Position numbers and translations under genes: made by a program. Source: an uncultured Acidobacteriota bacterium (GTDB lineage Bacteria > Acidobacteriota > Thermoanaerobaculia > Multivoradales > JAHEKO01). From it: 64,000 bases of DNA. Shown here in pieces: positions 36,789 through 46,848 of the stretch. The stretch's first letter is position 1, and every line of letters starts with the position of its first letter. The stretch covers positions 17,301 to 81,300 of the forward strand of contig CAVPOX010000033.1 of assembly GCA_963707075.1 (NCBI GenBank), in the 5' to 3' direction. The notes under the pieces were generated by a model. It was not told the DNA's origin and ran no database searches. It saw only the letters and a list, made by a program, of their open reading frames with translations.

Positions 36789-36902
36789 CGTGCTACCCTG
36801 CCATGCAGTTTCGGTGCGGTCGCCTCAACCCGGAGTGCGGCATTATAGCCAGAACCTCCTCGACCACCACGAGGCCTTTTCAACAGCCGGCAGGCCTGCA
36901 AA

Positions 36903-38597
36903 ATGACTTCGGACCCTCTCACGACCCGGGCGCTCTCCTTCAAGAAGAGCTTTGCGGTCCTGGGGATCCTCTTCCTGGTTGTGTGCGCGCTCCAACTCTT
37001 CAACCGAGCCTACGAGAGCGAATTCGGTCGAGACTACGACGAGGCAGCCCATTTCGTCACCGGGATGATGCTTCACGATTTTCTGGTGAGCATGGACTGG
37101 GACTCGCCACTCGAGTTTGCGGAAAACTACTACCTGCACTATCCGAAGGTCGCGCTCGGCCACTGGCCTCCAGTGTTCTATGGATTGCAGGCAGTCTGGT
37201 ACATGGTCTTTGCGCCGTCGCGTGGGGCGATCATGATGCTGCTCGCGGTCCTTACCGCGAGTCTCGGCTGGATTGTCTGGTGGGTAGGCGCAAAAAGCTT
37301 CGACTGGAGAATCAGTCTGGCCTTCAGTCTTGTCCTGGTGGCCCTGCCACTGACACAGAGCCTCTACTCGGTCTGTATGGCTGAGATCCTGCTGGCTACG
37401 CTGGCCCTACTGGCCGCGCTGGCCTGGGCCCGTTATCTCGATTCGCCCGGTTGGAAATGGGCAAGCATCTTTTCTGCCCTCGCGGTACTTTCCATTCTGA
37501 CGAAGGCGAATGCCCTGGCGCTGGCGATCCTGCCTCCGATCAGCCTCCTGATCACCCGTCGTTGGACCCTCCTCAAAAGAGCTTCCTGCTGGTTCCCGGC
37601 CCTTGCAGTCGCCTTGCTCTGCGGCCCCTGGTATGCGATGACGCTGAAGATGCTGAGCAACGGCCCGCTCGCCAAGGGCCCGAAGATCTGGTACACCGTC
37701 GCGGCAGTCCCCAGATTCTCGGCAACACTGGTCGATGCTGTCGGCCTCGGGCTCCTGCTCCCGGCCCTCATCGCCATGATTGTCGTCATTGGCAAGGCTC
37801 GCGAAGACCCTCGAGGCACCACTCAACCATGGCCCACACTGGCGAGTTTGGTCATCGCCGTGATGGTCTTTCACTGGATCGTTCCAGCGTCATTCGCGGC
37901 GCGGCATTTGTTCATCGCCTTGCCGGCGGTCACCCTGCTTGCCCTGGTGGGTCTCGATCTCGTCGCCAGGCGCGCTTCCCGCCCGTTCTCCAGCCACGGC
38001 GCCAGACTGGGGGCTCTGACTCTGTTGACCGTTCTCCTGACGGCCTGGCTGGTGTTCGAGATCCCTCGCCGGTCATGGCGCGGATTCGGCGACGTGGCTG
38101 ACTACCTGACCACCACGGCGGAGTTGGACGAATCGGTCGTGCTCGTGGTCTCCGACTCGCTCGGCGAGGGCGCGCTGATCAGCGAGGTTGCGCTGCGCGA
38201 GCGTCGCCCCGGTCACATCGTTCTGCGCGGCAGCAAATCCCTGTCGCGAAGCTCATGGGACGGCTCCAACTACGAGCTGCTCTTCAATGCCCCGGAGGAG
38301 CTCGGCGCGTGGCTGGCTCAAGTACCGGTGGGAGTGATTGCCGTCGATCATTCCGTTCCTCGCTCCCGTCGCCCCCCGGAGACAGATCTTCTCCTCGCCA
38401 CACTGGAAGCCAATCGGAATATCTGGCAGGAAGTCGGAGCGTTCGACATGATCCGCGCGGGTCGAGTCCATGCGGCGGCATTGAGGCTGTTTGTTCAGAA
38501 GGATCATCAGAATCTACCGAGAAGCAAGATCAGCCTCGACTTGCTCGAGATGCTGGGAAAGCACATCACAGGACAGGCAATTGAGAAGGACGAATAG
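36903..38597 (+). CDS. GT-C-fold membrane glycosyltransferase-like protein (GT39/ArnT-like)
   Basis: 564 aa. An early acidic loop (FGRDYDEAAHFVTG) sits after the first TM, as in ArnT/PMT-type enzymes. About 11 TM helices are followed by a soluble C-terminal domain. Confidence 0.7.
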   Translation: MTSDPLTTRALSFKKSFAVLGILFLVVCALQLFNRAYESEFGRDYDEAAHFVTGMMLHDFLVSMDWDSPLEFAENYYLHYPKVALGHWPPVFYGLQAVWYMVFAPSRGAIMMLLAVLTASLGWIVWWVGAKSFDWRISLAFSLVLVALPLTQSLYSVCMAEILLATLALLAALAWARYLDSPGWKWASIFSALAVLSILTKANALALAILPPISLLITRRWTLLKRASCWFPALAVALLCGPWYAMTLKMLSNGPLAKGPKIWYTVAAVPRFSATLVDAVGLGLLLPALIAMIVVIGKAREDPRGTTQPWPTLASLVIAVMVFHWIVPASFAARHLFIALPAVTLLALVGLDLVARRASRPFSSHGARLGALTLLTVLLTAWLVFEIPRRSWRGFGDVADYLTTTAELDESVVLVVSDSLGEGALISEVALRERRPGHIVLRGSKSLSRSSWDGSNYELLFNAPEELGAWLAQVPVGVIAVDHSVPRSRRPPETDLLLATLEANRNIWQEVGAFDMIRAGRVHAAALRLFVQKDHQNLPRSKISLDLLEMLGKHITGQAIEKDE

Positions 38598-39906
38598 TTC
38601 AGACAGCGTCGAACCGACCCCGTGGGCAGCCATCCTGAGCGTGGTTGTCCTCGCCTTTGCGTTGAGAGCCCTGGTCATCTTCGCTCTGGACGCGTTCGTC
38701 ATCCCCGACAACTGGGATTTCGGCTACGAAACAGGACGCATCGCTGCATCTCTGGCAGAGGGCACCGGCTTCAGCTCTCCTTTCAAACAACCTAGCGGTC
38801 CCACAGCCTGGCTGGCGCCGGCCTACCCCGCCATCCTGGCTGTCATCTTTTCCTTCCTGGGCATCTACTCCACTTTCTCGGCAGTTGCCATCCTCCTGTT
38901 CAACTCTGCGGTTTCTGCACTGACTTGCCTGGCAGTGTTTGCCCTGGCCAACCAGGTCTTCGACCGCATGACGGGCGTCCTGGCAGCCGTCACCTTCGCG
39001 CTCTACCCGCCTTCGATCTGGCATTCGGTCAATACCATCTGGGATACCAGCTTGTTAGCCCTGCTGGCGGTTCTTTTGGTCCTGGGGCTGTATCGATTCG
39101 ATGCTTCGCGAGATCTCCAATGGGCGTTCCTGTATGGACTGGCGATGGGACTCGTCGCCTGGGTCAACCCGGTGGTCCTGGCATTGCTTCCGGTCGCGTG
39201 GCTTTGGATCGGGAGACGGATCGAGGGCAGTCTTGCCCGCAGGGTGGGAGTTGCCTCTCTGGTGACGCTGATGGCCCTGCTGACCTGTGCGCCGTGGATG
39301 GCTCGAAATCAATACTGGTTCGGGCGCCCCTACCTGAGGTCCAACCTCGGCCTCGAGCTACAGCTGGGCAACAGCGATCTTGCCTGGCAACACCATTTGG
39401 CAGGCGATCTCCGGGCTCCCTGGCTGCGGGGCCATCCTTCAGTGGTCTCGGGTGAGCTCGACCGGTTCATCGAGATGGGTGAAGCAGCCTACGTCGAGGA
39501 AGCCATGGGTGAAGCCATCGACTTCATTCGTCAGAACCCGTCGAAGTTCCTGCGCCTGACGCTCCACCGCATCTACGTCTTCTGGCTGAGCGACCTCGGG
39601 ACCCGCAATGAGTGGGCCGGGAACCTGGACCTGACGATATCCCTGACCTGGATGAGAGTGGCGTGTCATCTCGTGCCGCTGCCCTTTCTGGTGATCGGCC
39701 TGATCGCTGCCGCTCGGCATCGGAAGCCAATCCTCCCGTTTCTCGGGTTCTTCCTGTTCTTCCCGCTGGTCTACTACTTCACCCATGTCTCAGAGCGGTA
39801 CCGCTTTCCAGCAGAGCCCTTGATCGTCATTCTCTCAAGCTATGGCTTCCTGCAGATGGTTGGCTGGTTGAAGAGTCGACCGTTTGTGCGAAACTCGTCG
39901 GCGTGA
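38581..39906 (+). CDS. GT-C-fold membrane glycosyltransferase-like protein (second copy)
   Basis: Polytopic, with an early periplasmic-loop motif (DNWDFGYETGRIAASLAEGTGF). The start is uncertain. I favour the TTG at 38581, which is preceded by GGACAGG and overlaps the previous gene by 17 nt. A GTG at 38641 or the TTG at 38491 are alternatives. The first ~30 codons of the 38491 ORF are Arg-rich. Confidence 0.65.
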   Translation: MRRTNSSDSVEPTPWAAILSVVVLAFALRALVIFALDAFVIPDNWDFGYETGRIAASLAEGTGFSSPFKQPSGPTAWLAPAYPAILAVIFSFLGIYSTFSAVAILLFNSAVSALTCLAVFALANQVFDRMTGVLAAVTFALYPPSIWHSVNTIWDTSLLALLAVLLVLGLYRFDASRDLQWAFLYGLAMGLVAWVNPVVLALLPVAWLWIGRRIEGSLARRVGVASLVTLMALLTCAPWMARNQYWFGRPYLRSNLGLELQLGNSDLAWQHHLAGDLRAPWLRGHPSVVSGELDRFIEMGEAAYVEEAMGEAIDFIRQNPSKFLRLTLHRIYVFWLSDLGTRNEWAGNLDLTISLTWMRVACHLVPLPFLVIGLIAAARHRKPILPFLGFFLFFPLVYYFTHVSERYRFPAEPLIVILSSYGFLQMVGWLKSRPFVRNSSA

Positions 39907-41743
39907 AAAGGGCCACCCGCGATTCCGAATGGATCTGGTTGGTCGCGCTGCTCGGGCTCCACTTGCTTGCGACCTGCTGGTTTCTGCCACCGACAGAGTT
40001 GATCGGGCAGGAGCCACTGTTTCACATCGACTATCCGGTTCACACCCACCGGGCTGCGGTTTACGAATCGGGGCTCATGGAGGGTGGTCTGCCCTGGGGG
40101 TACGATCCTGCGGTCGGTGCAGGAATGGTCGTCTCACCCTACCGGGATATCGGGGCCAAGCCGATTCAGGTTCTGGGCGTCATCCTGCCTGGGGTGAGCG
40201 CCGCAACTGTCGTGCGCCTCTTCCTGTTCTTCACGGTCCTGCTGTTTCCTGCAGGCTGTCTCTTAGCCTCCAGGCTTCTGGGATTCGAGCCTGAGGTCAC
40301 TTTCTGGATCGCAGCTACGGCGCTCGGCTTCCTCTGGCTCAGCTGGACCATCCAGCTCTACCTGGGGTGGGGCCTCGTTTCCTTTGTCGCGGCTGCGGCG
40401 TTTACCCCCCTGGTCCTCGGCCTGTTCACCCGGTTCTGTCGAGCGCCCGGAGTCAGAACCTACTCCTTCTTCACCGGCAGCTTGGCAGCTTTACTGCTAC
40501 TTCACATCCAGGGACCCTGGCCGCTGGCGGTCCCCCTGGCCTTGCTGGTCGTGACCGTCATGCCGCTGCCCTGGGCCTGGAGAACGGCAGCTGTCCTCGC
40601 GCCACTCTTCGCAGTCGGATTCAACGCCTTCTGGTTGATTCCTGCATACCTGGGCAGCAAGATGCCCGCCGAACCGCTCAACCCGACGGCAGATTATCCA
40701 GAGGTCAAGCATCTGACGCTGGCTGCCCTTTCCGAGTTCACCGCTCAGATCGATGGCGTCTGGATGGTCACCCGATTCGGGATCCTGGTGCTCGCCTTCT
40801 GGGGATTCCGGGCACTGTGGAAACGCTATGGCGCACTCCCAGCCTGGAGCTTCGGCCTGGCGACGCTATGGAGCTTCTGTCTATCGGTGTTCGGCTCGTT
40901 CATGCCCTTCTTCGAGCGCTATCAACCCGTTCGATTCATCGTTCCTGCACTCGTGCTCCTGGCGATACCCTTGGGAACAGGCATCGCGACGACCCTGCAG
41001 CGCGTCAAGATCGATACTCGCTGGGTTCGGGCGGCATTCCTGATTCTGGCTGTCGGTCTCGCGCTTTTCACCTTTCGAGGTCCACAACCCATGCCGCTTC
41101 CTCCCGTCTCCCGATGCACTGCGCGAGTTCGTCGCAACCAGAACGAGTCCTGAAGATCGACTCGCCATCCAATCCATGGATGGGCTCGACGAAGGGGGTT
41201 TCGAAGCTCGCGCCATGGCCCTGGCCTATGAGCGCGAGGTGATTGGCTGCACCTATCCGAAGGTCGCTCTGCCCGCCCAGTTCCTGGGCGATCGACTGCT
41301 CGGCAAACTGCTTGCGGAGTGGACTCCGGAGGAGCTCGCACCAGCCCTGCGGCGCTGGGGTATCGCCTGGGTCTTCACCCGCACTGAAGAGGCTCGCCAA
41401 CTGGTCCACCGCAGCCTGGGTATCGACGGAACGAAGGTCGGCAGGTACCACGCTTTCCAGGTCGCGGGAGAAGACGACCGATTCCTGATCGGCTCCGGCA
41501 AGGTTCGTGCTGCAGTCAACCGCCTGGAGCTCGAGAACCTGCATCCTGTGGACGGCCTTGTGGTCCTGCGATATCGCTTTCACCCCGCCTGGAAGACGAT
41601 TCCCACGACCGCGATCGAAGACCTATCCGATTCCTGAAGACGCGGCCGGATTCATCGCTCTACGCGATCCGCCGGAGAGGTTGACCTTGAAATTCGATTC
41701 CCGGGCCATGCTGCAAGCCAATTGGCCCGACCTAGCCGAGTAA
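39903..41743 (+). pseudogene. large polytopic membrane protein with C-terminal extracytoplasmic domain (YfhO/GT-C-like), interrupted by two frameshifts
   Basis: The GTG at 39903 overlaps the previous stop (GTGA). Frame 3 runs to ...QPMPLPP (about 41105). Frame 1 then continues SPDALREFVATRTSPEDRLAIQSMDGLDEGG... up to ...AIEDL (about 41625). Frame 2 continues PIPEDAAGFIALRDPPERLTLKFDS... to the TAA at 41741-41743, which abuts the convergent gene's stop. It covers ORFs 39612..41153, 41176..41637 and the tail of 41507..41743. Confidence 0.6.
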
Positions 41744-42340
41744 TCAGCGGCGCGTCTTGAGAACTCGTGCCGGGACACCGCCTACGATCGCATTTGCGGG
41801 CACGGCCTCAACAACCACAGCTCCAGCCGCAACCACCGAATTGTCACCGATATCGGCCATAACGACAGCGTTGGAGCCCACCCATGCCTCGGATCCGATT
41901 CTCACCCGACGCACCTCTCCCTCCTGATCACGAATGGGAATGTCGAGGTGCTCCAAACCGTGAGTCTGGGAACCACTGGGAATATGGGCGCCAGCTGCGA
42001 TCAGGGCACCTTCCCCGATCGTCACCAGCCCGAGCTGGCAATACGGACCGATATAGACATGGTCACCGATAGCGCAGTCAGCCTTGGAGAAGACGGCGCC
42101 GAATTCCACAACGGACCCTGAGCCGAAACCCTTGAGAGTCCGCCTGTAAAACGCACGCCTCAGGTATTGTCCCAGCAAGCCCGGCACCAGGGCCCACGCT
42201 TGACTGCTCCCTTGCAGGGCCCGATCACGACCCAGCAGTCGACAGCGAATCGCGAATGAGGCTACCCCCGGTGCCACGAGAACGAATGCGACTCCATTCA
42301 GGACAACTTTGAGAAGACTGCGATCCGGTTTCGAGCTCAC
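41744..42340 (-). CDS. hexapeptide-repeat acyl/acetyltransferase
   Basis: Left-handed beta-helix hexads (IGDHVYIGPYCQLG, IGEGALIAAGAHI, IGSEAWVGSNAVVMADIGDNSVVAAGAVV), with an N-terminal hydrophobic segment. Confidence 0.85.
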   Translation of the reverse strand: MSSKPDRSLLKVVLNGVAFVLVAPGVASFAIRCRLLGRDRALQGSSQAWALVPGLLGQYLRRAFYRRTLKGFGSGSVVEFGAVFSKADCAIGDHVYIGPYCQLGLVTIGEGALIAAGAHIPSGSQTHGLEHLDIPIRDQEGEVRRVRIGSEAWVGSNAVVMADIGDNSVVAAGAVVVEAVPANAIVGGVPARVLKTRR

Positions 42341-42343
42341 TCC

Positions 42344-43492
42344 TCAACCTTTCCGAGTACCTTGAGCCTGGTGGCCGGCGATCCGGCTATAGACTTCGAG
42401 ATGCCGCAGAACAGTTCGTTCCAGATCGTATCGCTGCTCGACTCGGGATCGAGCAGACTTTCCCATACTTCTGGCCAGATCAGGTGAGGTCAGGAGTCGC
42501 TCTAGGGCCTGGGCGGCCGATTCGGGGTCTTGACGGGGGACCAAGAAGCCATCCTTCCCCTGTCTCACCATCTCGGGGTTGCCTCCGACTTCGGTAACTA
42601 CCACCGGCAGCTCACTTGCCATGGCTTCGAGCACCGTTAGGGAAGCAGCTTCGCTCAGCGAGGTCATCGAGAACACGTCACTGGCCGCCAGCAAGGCCGG
42701 TACATCGCCCCGCACGCCCAGAAGTGAAACGCTGCTCTCGAGGTCCAGCGATCGAATCAGATCTTCTATCTGGCCACGTTGCGGGCCCTCCCCCACCAAC
42801 ATCAACCGTGCGGCGGGCATCGACCTTCTGAGCATGTGGAAGGCTTGAATGAGCGTGGCATGGTCTTTGACGGGATGAAATCGTGCCACACAGGTAACGA
42901 TCTGAGAGTCGACCGGCCAGCCCAGCCGACGCCGCAGCGCTGCAGAATCCGCCGGTGCTCCGTAGCGGTTCAGTTCGATCCCATTCTCGATCACTTGCAC
43001 TCGTTTGGCCGGAAATCCATCGACGACCGACAGTGCTCTGCCGCTGAATTCACTGCAGGCATTGATCTCTGTCGCCAGACGCGCCAGAAGCACTTGATTC
43101 AGAAATCGACGTTGCCGCGAGACCACATCGGGGAAGTGACGGCCATGCTCGGTGAAGACAAGACCGCTTGTTTGTGTCGTGACAAGTCGACTGGTGGCGG
43201 CGTAGAAGAACGGCGTGTACTGATGGGCGTGAACCACCTGTGAGCGATGCCCTTGCAGACTCCTGCCCAGCCTGCGAGCTAGCCCCAGGTCGATCCCCGG
43301 TTCCCTGCCAAGCACTTCGACCGGGACTCCTTGCCCCTGGAGCTGCTCGCCCAGAGCTCCGATTTCATCGAGACAGAGGACAACCGGCGCTACCCGCTCG
43401 TTTCCCCGCCGAATGATCTCGGATACCAGGACCTCTGCACCCGCGACTTGCATGGCGTGCATGACGAACGCCACACGTACTCGATCACTCAT
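42344..43492 (-). CDS. GT4-type glycosyltransferase
   Basis: VRVAFVMHAMQVAGAEV... at the N-terminus, and C-terminal SLSEAASLTVLEAMASELPVVVTEVGG. Confidence 0.9.
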   Translation of the reverse strand: MSDRVRVAFVMHAMQVAGAEVLVSEIIRRGNERVAPVVLCLDEIGALGEQLQGQGVPVEVLGREPGIDLGLARRLGRSLQGHRSQVVHAHQYTPFFYAATSRLVTTQTSGLVFTEHGRHFPDVVSRQRRFLNQVLLARLATEINACSEFSGRALSVVDGFPAKRVQVIENGIELNRYGAPADSAALRRRLGWPVDSQIVTCVARFHPVKDHATLIQAFHMLRRSMPAARLMLVGEGPQRGQIEDLIRSLDLESSVSLLGVRGDVPALLAASDVFSMTSLSEAASLTVLEAMASELPVVVTEVGGNPEMVRQGKDGFLVPRQDPESAAQALERLLTSPDLARSMGKSARSRVEQRYDLERTVLRHLEVYSRIAGHQAQGTRKG

Positions 43493-43504
43493 CGTCTCTC
43501 GAGT

Positions 43505-44476
43505 TCAGGTCCAGTCCTTCCAGTCTGGGCTCGTCTCGTAGCCGAGGCGTACCAACGCCTCTCCAGCGAGCTCCGAAAAGACGCGCAGCTCATCATCCGA
43601 AAGATGGTTCTGCCAATCACCCGCCACTCCTTTGCGGTAGAAGCTGCCGGCATCTTCTGCCCCTTCTTGCCGTCCCGAAACAAACTTGAACGAAGAACGA
43701 TGCAGAAGGTCGCTTACGCGTTCCTCGGACCGGTCGACGTCAAGATGCTCCAGCAGCCTGGTGGCAGTAGCGGGGCCATCGCTGAGCAAGGATTCGTAAG
43801 ACAGCGTGTGGATTTCCTGGGTGTGTTCATGTTCGAGCTGGGTGTCGACGGCTCTTTTCCAGGTACGCACGCTCGCCTCGAAGTCCTGCTCCTTCCCATA
43901 TCGATTCTTCAGGTGAAATCGATCCGATACCACCACATCCCTGCCATCGCGGTACACCGCAATCAGCTTGGCCGCCGGGAACACCTCTCGCGCGTCCGGT
44001 GCATAGGTAATGTTGGTCGAAGTCTTGTCTACCAGGTACTGCGAGGGCTTGAGTACCTCATAATGGAAACCATAGAACGTGCGGCAGTAGTCTTGCCACG
44101 AGCTGCTTTCCTTCAAGGACTTCCTGAGGTTCCTCTGGTCGGCTATCGAAAGGTCGAGCAACGTCATCGGACGATCACTCGGCTTCAGGGTCGCCTGGCC
44201 CGATCGACGCACCGGCCTCAGAAGATTGCCGACCTTGTGTCGGGCCAACTCCTTCTTGCCGCCGCCGGCCCAGGCAACCTCTTCGCAGAGGCGATCGGTA
44301 CACTCGGAAAAGTCGTCGCAATCTTGGCTATACCTGAATACATGCGTCTCGCGAAGTCCCATAACGTCGGGATGCAAGCTGAGCAGATTGGCAAGCCAGG
44401 TGCTCCCACTCTTGTAGTGACCTAGAATAAACGCTAAGTGCTGGTCGAGATCGTTCAAGGCTTCGGTCTCCCGCAA
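43505..44476 (-). CDS. sulfotransferase family protein
   Basis: 5'-PSB loop ILGHYKSGSTWLANLL and 3'-PB motif VYRDGRDVVVS. Confidence 0.85.
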   Translation of the reverse strand: MRETEALNDLDQHLAFILGHYKSGSTWLANLLSLHPDVMGLRETHVFRYSQDCDDFSECTDRLCEEVAWAGGGKKELARHKVGNLLRPVRRSGQATLKPSDRPMTLLDLSIADQRNLRKSLKESSSWQDYCRTFYGFHYEVLKPSQYLVDKTSTNITYAPDAREVFPAAKLIAVYRDGRDVVVSDRFHLKNRYGKEQDFEASVRTWKRAVDTQLEHEHTQEIHTLSYESLLSDGPATATRLLEHLDVDRSEERVSDLLHRSSFKFVSGRQEGAEDAGSFYRKGVAGDWQNHLSDDELRVFSELAGEALVRLGYETSPDWKDWT

Positions 44477-44549
44477 GATCGTCAGTTCGCGACTCTACTC
44501 AAGATCTTCAATCGGCGCCAATAGAGTTATCCAGGTTGTCGAATATACC

Positions 44550-45715
44550 TTGATGAAAACCCCTGGCCATCCGGCATCCGATTCTCGCGGCATTCTGGTC
44601 TTCTCCGACGACTGGGGCCGGCATCCATCGAGCTGCCAGCACCTGATCCGACACCTGCTCGACCGGACCCCGGTCGTCTGGGTCAACACCATCGGCACCC
44701 GGAGACCCCGCTTCAGTCCTTACACGCTGCAACGTGGCCTGGGCAAGGTTCGGCACTGGGTTGGCTCGGGTGAAGCTACAGGCGACGAGAAAGCTCGTCC
44801 AACCCCACAGTGGCAAGCCCCCTGATGTGGCCCAGTTTTCATAGCTCGTGGGGCCGCGCCCTCAACAGGACTCTGCTCCAGCGACAAGTGAGACCATTGG
44901 TCGAGAATCAGGACGGCGTAGTCGCGGTAACGACCCTACCGATCGTAGCCGACCTGGTCGGCGAGGTGGGCGTGGACCGCTGGGTCTACTATTGTGTCGA
45001 CGATCTGAGTCAATGGCCCGGGCTCGATTCCAAACCGCTGCTCGCCATGGAACGCGATCTCGTCGAAAGGGTCGATGAGGTCATCGCCGCCAGCGAGAGC
45101 CTGGCCGAGCGTCTCGAGGCCATGGGTCGGACCTCCACCCTGCTCACTCATGGGATCGATCTCGACTTCTGGTCCGGGCCCGTCGCGCAAAATCGGTTCA
45201 ACCCTCCGCATGTCGAACCACCCTTCATCGTCTTCTGGGGCGTGATCGACCGGCGCCTGGATTCGGCGTTCATTCAGTGCCTCAGTCGAAAGCTGTCGGC
45301 GGGCTCCATCCTTCTAATCGGCCCACAGAATGATCCGGATCCCTCCCTCGAGAAGCTCGACAACGTGCATCTGTTGGGAGCCCGCAAATACGAGTTGCTT
45401 CCCAGCATCGCCGAACGCGCTTCGGTGATGATCATGCCCTATGCTCAGATTCCCGTGAACCATGTCCTGCAACCCTTGAAGTTCAAGGAATACCTGGCGA
45501 CCGGTAACCCGACGGTCGTCAGTGGATTGCCCGCGGTCGCGCGCTGGGCAGACTGTTGTGATGTCGCCCGCGATGCCGAGGATTTTGCAGGTCTCGTCCT
45601 CGAGCGCCTCGCTGGCGGCATACCCAGCGCGCAAGTCAAGGCGAGAGAAAGGCTCGATCAGGAGGCCTGGGAGGCCAAGGCACAGGCCTTCGAAAGGGTG
45701 CTGTTCGATTCATGA
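44550..45715 (+). pseudogene. TuaH-like family 1 glycosyltransferase, interrupted by one frameshift
   Basis: ORF 44550..44825 (ILVFSDDWGRHPSSCQHLIRHLL ... VVWVNTIG) and ORF 44810..45715 (ASPLMWPSF...) read as one protein. Frame 2 opens only after the TGA at 44771. The join lies in the CCCC run at 44803-44806, where one base is apparently missing. Confidence 0.7.
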
Positions 45716-46848
45716 CGAGCGCCTCGCCGATCGTGCATGCCCGCGTCGTCAGAGGCTCCGGAGGGGGGCCCGACAAGACGATCCTGGAGTCGGCTCGATT
45801 TCTTGAAGAGCGAGGCCGTCCCAGTCAGTGTCTCTATCTGCGAGACCCCGAGGACCGCTCTTTTCCCAACCTCCAGGCCAAGGCTGCAGAACGCTCGGTG
45901 GAGCTGATCGCGATCGATGACCACGGCCCCCTGGATACCGGAATCCTTCGCAGAGTTCGCCAGGCCATGCCGCAGCAGAAGGTGATCTGGCATGGCCACG
46001 ACTACAAAACCAACCTCCTGGGCCTTCTGCTGGGCCGCCGGCACCCTCGCCACCTGGTGACGACCGTGCACGGCTGGGTCCACCAGACGCTGCGGACTCC
46101 CCTCTACTACGCCATCGATCGATTCTGTCTTCCGAGGTATCAGGGAGTCCTGTGTGTTTCCCAGGATCTCCTGGATCGATCGCTGGCTGCCGGCGTTGCC
46201 CCGGAGAGATGTTGGCTGATTCCCAACGCCATCGACATCGACGAGTTCCAGCGGAGCGAAACACCCAGCGCAGCCAGGGTTCGCCTGGGGATGGCAGCTG
46301 ATCGAACTGTGGTGGGTGGCGTAGGCCGGTTATCGCAGGAGAAAGGTTTCGACCGCTTGATCCAGGCTGCTGCGATTCTCGTTCGAGACGGGCACGATCT
46401 CGAAGTATGGATTGTCGGTGAGGGTGAAGAGGAAGTCTCGTTGCGTGGTCTAGCCAGCGAGGAGGGGATCGGCGACCGCGTCCGATTCCTCGGCTTCCAG
46501 ACCGACGTCAAGCCCCTGTTCGAAGCCATGGACATCTTCGTGCTCAGCAGTCTCCGGGAAGGCCTGCCCAACGTCTTGCTGGAAGCCATGAGCATGCAGA
46601 CTCCCGTCGTTTCCACCCGTGTCGCCGGAATCCCGTCGATTCTCTCCGATGGCGAGAACGGGCTCGTGGTGGAGCCCGGATCCGACAAAGAGATCGCAGC
46701 CGCGCTGGAACGACTTCTCCTTCACCCCGACTCGACTCGTGAGCTTGCCTGCCGAGCCCGCAGGACGATCGAGAGTCGATACAGCTTCTCCTCCCGCATG
46801 GAAAAGGTCATGTCGATTTATGCAATGGTCGAGGCGCAAGCCACCTGA
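45712..46848 (+). CDS. GT4-type glycosyltransferase
   Basis: The ATG overlaps the previous stop (ATGA). C-terminal motif SSLREGLPNVLLEAMSMQTPVVSTRVAGIP. Confidence 0.9.
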   Translation: MTSASPIVHARVVRGSGGGPDKTILESARFLEERGRPSQCLYLRDPEDRSFPNLQAKAAERSVELIAIDDHGPLDTGILRRVRQAMPQQKVIWHGHDYKTNLLGLLLGRRHPRHLVTTVHGWVHQTLRTPLYYAIDRFCLPRYQGVLCVSQDLLDRSLAAGVAPERCWLIPNAIDIDEFQRSETPSAARVRLGMAADRTVVGGVGRLSQEKGFDRLIQAAAILVRDGHDLEVWIVGEGEEEVSLRGLASEEGIGDRVRFLGFQTDVKPLFEAMDIFVLSSLREGLPNVLLEAMSMQTPVVSTRVAGIPSILSDGENGLVVEPGSDKEIAAALERLLLHPDSTRELACRARRTIESRYSFSSRMEKVMSIYAMVEAQAT

